A DNA stretch of 64,000 bases from Octopus sinensis (Eukaryota): NCBI RefSeq assembly GCF_006345805.1, contig NC_042998.1:70122001-70186000 (forward strand), in the 5' to 3' direction. Positions 39,791 through 52,097 of this stretch are shown here, piece by piece. Position 1 is the first letter of the stretch. Each line of letters opens with the position of its first letter. The position numbers and the translations under genes are program-made. The notes under the pieces were generated by a model. That model did no database searches. It had not been told where the DNA came from and saw only the letters and a list, made by a program, of their open reading frames with translations.

Positions 39791-41840
39791 GTAAAAAAAG
39801 GTCAGTTGCTTCAGTTTTCCAGGACACACCAACCCGCATCTCGCTGTTTGCGACATTGTATGACACTAGGGTTCACCAGTCTCTCGTCTCCATCAGGAAT
39901 AACAATTGCTCTTCCGATTAAAACACTTTATTCTAGCTGAGATTAATAACTGAATTGTTTTCCCTTAAAAGAAAGTACCTGTCCTCCAAGACTTAACTAG
40001 ATTCCCAAATACGCCCTCGCATATATTTCGCCCCGTCTCCACGCACACACGTGCGCGCGCACCACGCTACTCATCCACCTTGAACCCTATACATTCTTCG
40101 ACAACACACACGCTCATATTCATACTCACTATTATACTATGGTCATACCAGCATCACATCACATTTCCATAAACCAACCCATGCTTATCTCGCTCAGATT
40201 TGCTACAAACCCCTATTCTACATGTACTTCTACTCTATTCCCTCCCCTTCTAGCACTCACCATGCTGCTCCCTAAAATCAATATCGTTTTTGTAGTTAAC
40301 ATTGGTCACCTCTTCATTTTTCTGTACTTGGCAAAAAACCACTATCCGAAACGTTAATTTCTTTTCTGTTCCTCCTTCCCAGCGTAATTATATCGATTCT
40401 GTACGAGAGTTCATTTTGTTTATTTGGGATTTATTTAAATTATTTTGTGATTCTACGTGAATATCCCGTTATCACTGTGACAGAGAGTATCCTCCTCCCT
40501 AGATTATCCCTGCATTTATATTATTAGCTAAGCACAGAGTATAAATTTATCCAGGATAGTCAAGCACGGTGTGTAGATGTTCACTACATAGATACAGTGG
40601 GTAAATTTTGACCGGAAATATAGACACAATATGTTGATTTAACTGTATTCAAAAAGACACTATAGATCATATCTGGATAGGTAACTAGCTAGCAAGATAA
40701 ATAGTCAGATAGGATGTGTAAATATTGAATGGCTAGATAGTCAACATGTGCAAATGTTTAATGAATAGATAGGCAAAGTGTATAGAGAAGTTGACTGGGT
40801 AGATAGCACCAGCATGTGGATACTGATTATAGATAGACACTGTGTAGTTGTTGCAATATATAGAGAGATGCAGTTTTAACTGGTCAAATAGACACACTGC
40901 GTAGATGTTAACTGGATAAACAGATAGACAAATACATTTTACAGACGTTTACTTTCCTTACAAATTCTACAGATATTGAACGTATATATAAAATACTTAA
41001 ATGTTTACTATATATAGGTATTTGATGTAGATATTGATTAACAAAGTTGCAGCTAAAGGTAGTGCAGAAGATTCATGTCCGTTCATTCATCAATCTGTTC
41101 ATTTTATGAAATTATTTCATTAAATCACCGACAGATGAATAAAAGAATCGTATGTCAAAAGGATCGAATTGTGCTACTTGTGACCTACAGTCTCTGCTCT
41201 ACATCGCCTTCTTTGAAGAATGACGTTGAATTTCTAAAGTCCTGACACTTGTTCAATTTCATTCCACTAAGCAAGATAAGAGGTGACATATTTTGGTCAC
41301 TAAACTGATGACCTCCGAAAGGTCAGTTTAAGGATAATAATTGTGAAAATTGATTAGATGATGTGAAGGAATTGTGCCTTGCAGCTGTTTGAGGCTATAT
41401 AAATGTGAGAAGCTGTGTTTGAGTGTATGCGTAGTAAAAGATATATGCCTACGTATGTGTGAGTTTATATCTATAAATGAATGTGTTATTAAATGTATAT
41501 TTATGTGTGTGCTTGTAATCTAGCATAACTGAATCTTTACGGTCGTTATATAAAGTTTCTTCTTTCGGTTCATCAGATGAGAAGAAGAGAGTAAGGTTTT
41601 CACAGAAATATTTGAAAACAGCCTATTAATCTCATTGGTTGATTGGAATAACAGAATAGACGGCACTACAGATATTGGAAGACACAGATGTGCTTATAAT
41701 AAAATGAATATTTACACTTTATGTGTATGACAAATTTAAGAATATATCCTTTATGTACACTAGATGCACTGTTCGTTTATAATAGCTACTTGTGTATCAC
41801 ACTTAATGCAGATACATCGCGGTGTTCGTCCGGAGATATC

Positions 41841-42073
41841 AAGGCGGCGAGCTGGCAGAAACGTTAGCACGCCGGGCGAAATGCGTAGCCTTATTTCGTC
41901 TGCCGTTACGTTCTGAGTTCCAATTCCGCCGAGGTCGACTTTGCCTTTCATCCTTTCGGGGTCGATAAATTAAGTACCAGTTACGCACTGGGGCCGATGT
42001 AATCGACTTAATTCGTTTTTCTGTCCTTGTTTGTCCCCTCTATGTTTAGCCCCTTGTAGGTAATAAAGAAACA
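41841..42073 (+). mobile_element. SINE family A (tail type i)
   Basis: AAGGCGGCGAGCTGGCAGAAACGTTAGC...CCCCTTGTAGGTAATAAAGAAAC. Confidence 0.92.
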
Positions 42074-43412
42074 GATATCTCCTATTGATGTACTGTGCTT
42101 AAAAACACAAATACACAAATATACAGCAGCGGCGGTAGAGTGCTAATTTTATCTTAGCATGCGTCTGACAGAGCATACATGGTATTGACAAAGCCCAATG
42201 AAGGAGAAATGCGCATCTAGCATTCTCACCGCCGGTGTTGGACGATTTTCGCTGGCTGCTACTGATATATATTTGTGCTTTTAAGCATGGCACGTCCATA
42301 AGAGAGATCATTTCCGGACAAACACCGCAGTTAATTTACCTTTTCGCGAAATATACGCACTAAGTATGATACGCAATTGACAATTCTAAGAATATATAAA
42401 TATAAAGACAGGTACCTACAGAAGTCGTTACGCTACCCGTTCTGTTTTAAATTCTTCAAAAGAAACCAACACATGCATGAATAAATCAACAATTAATTCT
42501 GGTTTATGGTCGATGATTGATCAATACCTAACCAGCTATCTGGACTTCATCCATAAGGTAACACCATCACTTATCTATGATCAGTATTTCTCATATAAGT
42601 TAGTCGTCACTAATCTGTGATCCACACCTCTGCTGTAAGTCAACAGTCATTAATTTAGTAACTCATCAATAAATCAATCATTACTGATGAAGATGATGAC
42701 GGTGGTCGCAGTGGTGTTGGTGCTGGTGTCTGTGATGCTGATAATAGGGGTAGTGAGAGTGTTGGTGATGGCGATGATAGTGATGATGATAATTGTGATG
42801 ATGGTATGGTGGTGATGGTGATACCTGTCATATTATGCGACACTCTTCCTCAGTCATTCAATGCATTCACGACGAGTAGCCATTTCAATGTCATTCCGTC
42901 ACACAACACCAAAACAAAATCAGGTCGGAAAATATTGGAAGACAAACACATCTATGCTCTACAGACGTCCCCCACCTTTACCCCCGAAACAAAATAGACG
43001 ATTAATAAAGGAAGCAATATGCATTGCATAGAAAGTGCTAAAATAAACACACCAACAACATGCATAAATCTTAAACAAAATGAAACATTAACCTGTAAGA
43101 TGTGAATCTAACGGTGAAAATTCAAACTCTGGCAGTAATGTCTACACCAGTCTTATTGACCCTGCTTGCTATAACAGGCACCCGCATACATTGACATCGT
43201 TCCATTTCAATAAATGAGACTAGAAAGGTTTAAAAGCATTGATGATTGATTTAGGAACTTTAAAGTCTACCCATACTCCCAAGAGATTGAGTAGCATATC
43301 AGAAAATATGGAACCTTCTTTGGTAAAATTAGAGCCTAGACGTGTATTCAGAACACTATGTATACACACGTAAAAATGTATATATTCGTACAAACACGTG
43401 CACATGTATATA

Positions 43413-43645
43413 GAGTAATCCCTCGACTATCGCGGTTGTTACGTTCCAAAAAAAAACAAAAAGAAAAACGCCGCGATAGGTGATAATCCACAAAGTAGAA
43501 ACAGTACTGTACTGTATAGTCTTTAAAATTATTTTTATATTTTGTATATATTTATTTTGTTATAAATGCAAAACAACACCACGGAGGAATCGACGTAAGC
43601 TTAAATGATAAACCGTGATAGGTGAACCGCACATGTCGAGGGATT

Positions 43646-43649
<4 letters not shown>
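43413..43649. mobile_element. pogo/Tigger-like MITE (237 bp), same family as 17585-17737
   Basis: TA|GAGTAATCCCTCGACTATCGCGG ... GTCGAGGGATTATTG|TG: inverted termini with single changes. The right flank runs into (TG)n. Confidence 0.78.
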
Positions 43650-43713
<64 letters not shown>

Positions 43714-43726
43714 TGTGTGTGTGTGC

Positions 43727-43777
<51 letters not shown>

Positions 43778-43839
43778 TGTGTGTGTGTGTATCGCGCATG
43801 TACATTGTTTTTGATTTTGTCGACCACATAGTATTGGAG

Positions 43840-45013
43840 AATTAGTTGGGCACCGTCTGTGAGAAAAACAGCACCATGATGCAATTCACTCTGTCAGTAA
43901 TTTGGAAACAATATGCTGTACTGCTTGGCATTTGCACCGGAATCTCCAATACGAACATTTCAGGGTGTCAATCTGAGGATAGTGCAGAGGATTCGGAAAG
44001 AGTTAGATGGGTCTAATGGTCATTACGAAGGTATGGCAGCTCGGAAAACTCATTCTGATCGTTCTGATTAGAAAAGAACTCCTGAATTTGTTGGTGAGAT
44101 CCAGACCGTGCAAGTCAATCAGGTCCATCGCCAGAGATATGGGAGTGTCTGAGTTTCATATCAGGCAGGTAGTGCATGAAGACATTCTGTATTCCTCATA
44201 CAAGATGAGAAAGGGCCAATTTTTATCCCAAGTCATCAAGGACAAGAGGAAATACCGCGCTACGAAGCTTCCGAACAAACTCAAGCATCCCCTCCAACTG
44301 AACATGCTTTGGTTTTTCTCAGGTGAGAAAATTTTCTGCCATGATGAGCTGGTGAACACACAGAACAACCGTTGGCTTGCCCGTGTCCCCAAAACACGTA
44401 CTTAGAGAAACAATAATCAAACATCCAGTCAACATCATGGTGTTTGGAATGATCACTAGTAATGGTGATGTTATACCTCCATTCATCTTCCCACACGGCC
44501 TCAGACTCAACATGAAGGCTTACATCAAGTGCCTGGAGGAGGTAGTGCTGTCAAGAGGGTGGCTGCTGGAAGATCTTATGTGTGGCAACAGGACTCTGCA
44601 CCGTGCCACGTAAGCAGGAGAACCTAATCATGGCTGTCACACAATTTCTGCGACCACATCACTCCTAACATCTGGCTATCTAACTCCCCAGACTGCAACC
44701 CCCTTCATTATTATGCGCGGGGCGCACTTGAGCGAGAGATCAACAAAACTCTTGTAAAACCAAAGATGAACTGAAGGCAAGGATTACGGCAGCAATTACC
44801 AACTTAAACAAGGAGACTGTTCAGAAAAGTTGAAGTAGATTCTGAAGTCATCTGGAGGACGTGGTTGAAGCCAATGACGATTTTATTGAATAAATTTACT
44901 CTTTAGTATTGCAAGGTATTTCTATATAATTTTGGTAAATATATCTGTTAAAATGAGATGTCAGTTTTATTTGCAATTTTGCCTAATTTAGACGACAGTT
45001 TATTCACTGCACC

Positions 45014-45016
<3 letters not shown>
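43840..45016 (+). mobile_element. Decayed Tc1/mariner-superfamily transposon of the DD37D (maT/mori-like) family; 5' end not identified
   Basis: Remnant motifs LWFFSGEK, QNNRWLA, KHPVNIMVFGMITSNGDVIPPFIFPHGLRLN and WQQDSAPCH...SPDCNPLHYY. There are 37 residues between the second Asp and the third catalytic position. The element ends ...TTATTCACTGCACCCTG|TA. No matching left TIR was found. Confidence 0.88.
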
Positions 45017-45089
<73 letters not shown>

Positions 45090-45091
45090 TA

Positions 45092-45161
<70 letters not shown>

Positions 45162-45926
45162 TCATACATGCATCCCTTATCACTGTATCGACCAGACTAT
45201 CGGATGTTGCAATACAGTGCTAGTCACAATGCACTTTCTCGCATTATTGTAGCTTTCCCATACATAGATACATACATGCATACATACATACACAAACACA
45301 CACACACACTAACACACACTAGCATACACATACACAATACGAGAGAGAGAAAATGTAATTCACGAGACTCTATTTTCAGAACCACTACGCTCGTTTCGAC
45401 CCATCATGCACCGGTATCTTAAAGGTGAGATGCTGTACAAACAAGTCTCATGTATCAAAGGTCAGATGCGTTTCCTCAGGTGATCTTTCGCCTATTTCTA
45501 CATACATACATACATACATACATACATACATACATACATACATACAACCACATACATACTGTCAGTAAAATTGTGCACAGATAATATATTTGGTAAATTC
45601 CAAACTAACTTGATGCTAATTACATTTTGTATTTTCACAAGTATTTTCATGTTTTACAATAATCATCAAATAAATGTTTACATAGCAACTGTTACTATAT
45701 GCATTTTAGTATTTACATAACAACAACAACTGTAACTGAGGGTTAGTGTTGCATAGTTAAGGGAGATAATACAGTAGTACGCCTGTTTTTGAGTGAATAT
45801 ATTTTTTTGTATCAAATTAATATTGCTGTACATTTGTCCCTTCCGAAATGGTTTAAACTTCTCAATAATATTTTTTTCTTTGGTTTTTTTAAAACTTCAC
45901 TTGAGTCAAAGTTTAAGAAGTGGAAA

Positions 45927-46576
45927 TATTGATTTCAAATTTTGGCACAAGGCCAGCAATTTAGGAGGAGGGGTGAGTCTATTATATCGACCCCAGTACT
46001 CAACGGGGATCTTTTCGGTTTGAACGGCAGTTTTTTTCTAGCGGTGTCATATGAAATTGTCACCCACAATTATGACTCTTGTATTGATCTATTGCATTTC
46101 AATCTGTTTTAGGGTTAGGGTTAGAGTTAGGGTTAATTAGGGTTAGGGGTGGGGGGAAGGGTATCTTTTTTTCTTCAGAAATGTAAATAAACCCAATCTG
46201 TTTCTTAAACGAGGGACATATTCATACGGCACTGAATGTTTTCACCTCAATAGACGTCATTGATTGGTTGAAATTGCAGAAATTGAAGAAAAAAAACAAC
46301 AAATATCTTACAAACTATAGAATTTTCTCAATAAAGCCAAGAGAAAAAGATGTTTTATAAACACATTCTACCAGTATACAAAGTTTAAAAGTGTTTAGTT
46401 ACGTGGAAATTATCTTAAAAAACTGCCGGTCAAATCGAAAAGATCCCTCAACGGTACTTATTTTATCTTTTCCGAAAAGAGGCCTCAGCGGAATTTGAAC
46501 TCAGAAAGTAAAGACGGACGAAATGCTGCTAGGCATTGTTCCCGGCGGGCTAACGATTCTGTAAGCTCACCGCATT
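45927..46576 (-). mobile_element. SINE family A (tail type iii) split by the MITE at 46006-46447
   Basis: Removing the MITE and one TSD rejoins CCCCAGTACTCAACGGTACTTATTTTATC, the SINE core. Confidence 0.85.
46006..46447. mobile_element. Non-autonomous TIR element (MITE) with 31-bp TIRs, 6-bp TSD and internal TTAGGG repeats, nested in a SINE
   Basis: Left TIR GGGATCTTTTCGGTTTGAACGGCAGTTTTTT. The right end reverse-complements to GGGATCTTTTCGATTTGACCGGCAGTTTTTT (2 mismatches). TCAACG is duplicated at 46000-46005 and 46448-46453. Confidence 0.92.
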
Positions 46577-47129
46577 AACAAGTAGAAATATTAAAATAAA
46601 CTTATTACTGTATATCTTCAAATGACTCCTAAAAAGGATCGGTGTGATATGAGGGTCTTTAATTTACTGTCTGTGTTCTTGCATACGTTATGATAATGAT
46701 TTTCCAGTCTAGTTAATATTTTTTTTTCACAATTCAGACGTTCGATATAGCAAATCAAATTTCTTTCCTGCTCCATATTTACATTTATAAATATTTTTCG
46801 TTCGATCTTTGGGCTGAATCAGCATGTATAAATTCATATGTACCATGATGCTTGTCATTTGACTTGAATAATTTGAAGTTTTTATCATTGCTACTTATGT
46901 CAAACTTGGCGTTTGTCAGCAATTGTTTAAAATTTTTCAGTTGTCGGTTGCTTTAATTACCAAACTTTCGATTGGTAATTATATCCTTTAATTTATCATA
47001 TTGTCTGATAATTGACAAATTCGATGTAGTGACGTTAAAATATTCTGCTAACGTGGGATATATGTCAGTGTAAAGTGTACTATATTATTTGAATCTAATT
47101 TGTTTTGATAATAACATTGACTCAAAAAT

Positions 47130-48330
47130 TTGCTGAAGATATTATAGTCTGCTGCCTCAACAAAAGCAACAAAACACTGGATCTCTGCTTCACAAATAAT
47201 GTGGAAGTAATCCGCAATATAAAGGTGACTCTTAAAATCTTCTTTGATCTTAACACTGAGGAATTAACTATGTATGGTTCAAGGTAGCTGATATGCCAGC
47301 TCTTCCAAGCCACTCCAGCCTTTTAATCGGAATTTCCAAAACTCATTGGAAAACAATAAATAAACAGATGAGACAAACTAATCCCCAACCTTCTCTTTGC
47401 AAGACAATGACATAAAACTTCGGTAATTTACATCAATAATGCCAGCTAGATGCATTAAAAGGTTTCAGTGAGAAATGTTGGCGTTCATAAAAAAATAATT
47501 TCCATGGACAAGAATATTCTCATGAATCTCTCATTAGTTACCTGAGCGTACAGCTGAAAGAAAAAGAAATCAGTTTAAAATGCCGCTCAAAGACATGGGG
47601 ACTAAAATAAGATACTCACATGAAAACGAGAGAGCATTCGAAGAAAACGTTGGCCGAAGACAGCATAAAAGAAAAAAAAAGCTTAAAGTTTTCTACAGAT
47701 CCTCAAATAAAGGAATGTCAGTACATCACGTGATGGTGGTACTGTTTAAATAAATAGATCAATTATGACAAAATAAGGACAACAATCAATAAACAGTTCT
47801 ATAGTATTTTAACTACTCCGGTGGTACATATGAAAATAGCCGAGCCATCTGAGAATTTCCATCCATACTAACTTTACACTGAGAAACGATAAACATGAAT
47901 AACATGATGCGAAACATGTGCAATAGCCGCCATAGGCAAAATGAGACTAAACTTAGCAACATACCCTAATGTTTTACTTATAGTTTTCTTAAAAACATGA
48001 AAATGGCTCTAGAAAACTTGCTTCATTTACTATTTCATTCATAAGTTCAGTGAAATAAGCTACATAAAATGATGAAAGAGTACATATATGCTATTCATAA
48101 AGGATGGAGTTGAGCAGACGGTAAATTATTAATGTTTTATGTTTTTGGTGTTGCCGATCAAACTTCACCATAGCAAAGACTACATTTTAAAGATGGCCTT
48201 TCTCCAGAGCCAGAAAATACTTCATTTACGCACAACTATTAACCCTATTCGAAGTTCAAGAGGTACTTATAATGGAATATGGCCCCTGCCTCTGGAACGG
48301 TCTCGCTAATACATGCACGGATATTTTAAC
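47130..48330 (+). mobile_element. Heavily decayed CR1/L2-like LINE ORF2 (end of endonuclease to start of RT, plus a C-terminal scrap)
   Basis: NKTLDLCFTNNVEVIRNIKVT resembles the end of the APE endonuclease (LDL..TN). Later degenerate matches are INKQFYSILTTP, AIGKMRLN and AIHKGWS-ADGK. Many stops and indels. Confidence 0.6.
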
Positions 48331-48623
48331 TACAACTAAAGAAAGGTAAATTGATTGATGTACATGAAGTCGTTCGTCAAGTCACAGAACTTTTTGATTT
48401 GCTGGGTCTGAAGAAAGGAGAAGTGTTCATGGTCTTCACAGGTCCTCCAAAACTGGTGAGGGTGATACCACTGGTTTATGTTCCTCTCGAACTTTTGTGG
48501 AAAAAGACATGAGCAAGAAAGGAGTTTGCAAAGCCTTTGATCAGATCCTAATTATGACTTCACCAACACTTGGAAATTATATTTCCGATCATATAAACCC
48601 CTTCGAATACTATTTTAAATAAA

Positions 48624-48800
48624 GGAGTGGCTGTGTGGTAAGCAACTTGCTTCCCAACTACATGGTTCCGGGTTCATTCCCACTGCGTGGCACCTTGGGC
48701 AAGTGTCCTCTACTATAGCCTCGGGCCGACCAAAGCCTTGTGAGTGGATTTGGTAGACGGAAACTGAAAGAAACCCGTCGTATATATGTATATATATATA

Positions 48801-48844
<44 letters not shown>

Positions 48845-49039
48845 ATATATGTATGTGTGTCTGTGTTTGTCCCTCCAAACATCGCTTGACAACTGATGGT
48901 AGTGTGTTTACGTTCCTGTAACGTAGCGGTTCGGCAAAAGCGACCGATAGAATAAGTACTAGGCTTCCAAAGAATAAGTCCTGAGGTCGATTTGTTCGAC
49001 TAAAGGCGGTCAAATGACTGAAACAAGTAAAAGAGTAAA
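48624..49039 (+). mobile_element. tRNA-derived SINE (family C) with internal TA/TG microsatellite
   Basis: GGAGTGGCTGTGTGG A-box-like, GGGTTCATTCCC B-box-like and CCTTGGGCAAGTG CORE-like segments. A microsatellite lies at about 48780-48865, and the copy ends in an AAAAG-type tail. Confidence 0.88.
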
Positions 49040-49224
49040 AAAGTAATTCAAAGTGATTTCTTTTGTGCTGTTAACCATTTACCATTTCTGTGGTCCCCAT
49101 CTTATCTTGATGCCCTTAGCACGTGTTTATTTTGCTCATTGGTTAATCCAGCGTTGATTGTAAGTTAAGTAAATTATATTGGCACTCTAACACTGATGTT
49201 GTAGAGTTGGACTTGGCAAGGATT

Positions 49225-49262
49225 TGTAGCGGATCCTTAGTGTAAAACATCCTCTCTCTCTC

Positions 49263-49311
<49 letters not shown>

Positions 49312-50016
49312 GACATATATAACACAAATACGGACGTAGCAGATAATAGTTAGCCTTCGGCCGCTTAAGCCCAGTTGTGTCCACTACACTGATTGATTGG
49401 TTTTGGTGCAGTTTGTCTTTTGCTTTATTTTGCGCCAATGTGTAAGCCAACCAATCGCAGCCTTCTGATAAGGTCCCGTGACACAGTCTTCTAGGTTCTC
49501 TTCTGGAGCCCACTAAGCCCTTTAAAAACTACATCAACAAACCGTAATTTGTCTTTGGTCCTCACTGCTGACCACAGAGCACCCAGCGACACGGCCATGT
49601 TCCAGCGACAGTCAGCCAGTTCCAGTGACTGCGACACCAACACTAGCAGCATTTGAGGACCTTCACCACCGTCGCCTTTATCTTATCGACGACAGCAACA
49701 TTCGCCTAGGTTTAACTTCACGCTGTTTGTGAATACTCAAGTCTACCTGCGAGAACCTTCTGTACCAAGTAACCCGGCACAGCATAGAAACCACAACCTC
49801 TACACGCGTAGTAACCGGTTCTGCCTTGTGATCTCAACCTCTTGTACAGAATTCCAACAATTGCGTTCATTACTACGAACTGGTATTTATCTCCATCTTG
49901 TGTCTGAACTTATAGCGTCCTGTTATAGACTCTTTCTATTGCTCTGTATTTTATCTCACACGCATACACCTTTGTTTGTACACACATTATGTATGCAAGA
50001 CGGCCTGTCTATTGTC

Positions 50017-50102
<86 letters not shown>

Positions 50103-50320
50103 GTACTTATGTCGGACACATAGACACACTCTGCTACTCACATGTTAACATCTAAATAAAACCTTTCTCTTAAACATTCTACGGCTTTGTCCTTATTCCT
50201 TATTCCTTTTGGCACTCTTATTCATTCATCCATATTTTGGCTTTTATTGTAAGGCGACTGTGCGGTATTTAAAGGAGCCATTCATTCGTCACCATCTCCT
50301 TTTCGCCCGGTCGTTCTACA
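49225..50320 (+). mobile_element. Probable solo LTR (1096 bp) of an LTR retrotransposon
   Basis: GATT|TGTAG ... CTACA|GATT: 5-bp inverted termini and a 4-bp TSD (49221-24, 50321-24). Contains TATA-like TTTAAAAA at 49521 and AATAAA at 50155. No coding remnant was recognised. Confidence 0.65.
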
Positions 50321-50384
50321 GATTTTTCCAGAACGTTGACTGTGAGAGAATAGGCCTCAACTTATATAATTTCCGCAAAGCAGG

Positions 50385-50857
50385 AAAACTAGAATGGTCC
50401 AGAAGCTGGTTACCCGCATAGTTCTTGGTCTCAAGCATTTGTCTTATGAAGAAAGGCTGAAGACGCTCGACTTTTATTCTCTAGAAAAACGACGACGCCG
50501 TGGTGATCTCATTCTTGCTCACAGCATCATAAGCGGAAAGTGTAACCTCTCGAAAGAGCTGTTCTTCACTCCTGCTCTAGAGCGTCGGCTGCGGGGTCAC
50601 TCCGAAAAGCTCTATCTGCGACGATTTCATCTCAATTGAAGGAGAGGGGCTTTCTCCGTCCGGGTTGCGGATCCGTGGAATAAGCTGCCAGACGAGATAG
50701 TGAAGATGCCGACGACCGCTCGGTTCAAAGTCTCTCTTGACCAGAAATGGCCTGAACTCTTTGCATGAACACCCTCCCTGTACATAACTCCATGTCCCCC
50801 TACATGGCCTTGCTTTTTGCTTTTTGAGCCAAAAAATTAACTTAACTTAACTTAACT
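50385..50857 (+). mobile_element. 5'-truncated CR1/L2-clade LINE 3' end
   Basis: VQKLVTRIVLGLKHLSYEERLKTLDFYSLEKRRRRGDL...RGHSEKL...FSVRVADPWNKLP...FKVSLD is a typical CR1 ORF2 C-terminus with one internal stop. A short 3' UTR and an (AACTT)n tail follow. Confidence 0.9.
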
Positions 50858-51284
50858 ATTTCTTAAAAGAAAGGAACCAAACTATTGCAGTCAACTATTC
50901 TTAGTGGAGCATCCCATGCTGAGTACCACAAGGAACTGTCTTAGAGTGCCATTATTATATCTAATGGTTCCCTATGTATACTTACTATTGCAACAACTAG
51001 CTAGTATAGCTCGATTGGTGGTATTAAACAATTAAATATCAAAGACAACCAAAAGTCGCGATGACATATAAGACCTACATAAACAACTCGGGCAATGAAC
51101 AATCCCCGAATGATATCAAAAATTCACAGAAAGATCCCAGGCAAGCAAGAGTCCCAATATTATTAACAATCCTCAACAAGATCTCAATGGAGGGCTCAAG
51201 AAATCAACATGCTGCTCAATACTTCATTATCGTACCTCTGGCACATTGTTATACAAGATAGCTACACAAGACCAGAATAAGGAG

Positions 51285-51310
51285 TAGCAGCAGCAGCAGC
51301 AGTAGTAGTG

Positions 51311-51366
<56 letters not shown>

Positions 51367-51500
51367 GGTGGTAGTAGTAGTAGTAGTAGCAGTAGTAGTA
51401 GTAGTTGTAGTAGTAGCAGCAGTGGTAGCATTAGCTGTCGTTGTGGTAGTGATAGTAATAGTAATAGTAGTAGAATCTGTGGTGGTGGTGGTGGTGGTGG
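51285..51500. repeat. (AGT)n/(GGT)n/(AGC)n compound microsatellite
   Basis: Direct reading. Confidence 0.97.
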
Positions 51501-51724
51501 ATGTTGTTTGAGCAGGAAATTGTTATAGTTCGGATCGCGCACACGGGTGTATGTGTGTGTGTGTGTGCGTGCGGGTACACGCATGTACATGTGTGTAACT
51601 ATGTGCATATACATGCATGTATGTTCGTATCAATCAATCAATCAATTAATCAATCAATCAAGCAAGCAATCAATCAGTCAAGCACTTTATGTGTATGTAT
51701 GTATCTATCTATTTATACATACAC

Positions 51725-51775
<51 letters not shown>

Positions 51776-52059
51776 CCATGCAAGTGTATGTGCATATGTA
51801 TGTATGTATGTATGTATATATATATATATATGTATGTATGCATGTATGTATTGTATGTATGTATGTATGTATGTATGTATGTATATATATATATATGTAT
51901 GTATGCATGTATGTATGTATGATGTATGTATGTATGTATGTATGTATTGTATGTATGTATGTATTATGTATGTATATATATATATATATATATGGATCAA
52001 AACAGTTTCATTCAAATTCGTTGGTACTCTTGAGCGTCCTTCCGTTTGTCCATTCACTC

Positions 52060-52097
<38 letters not shown>

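Noticed and set aside
42130-42330. Possible small exon after TTTTATCTTAG
   Set aside because: All three frames hit stop codons quickly and no convincing donor follows.
46109-46148. True telomere or chromosome-fusion scar
   Set aside because: Only about six units, one orientation, and enclosed within the TIRs of a MITE.
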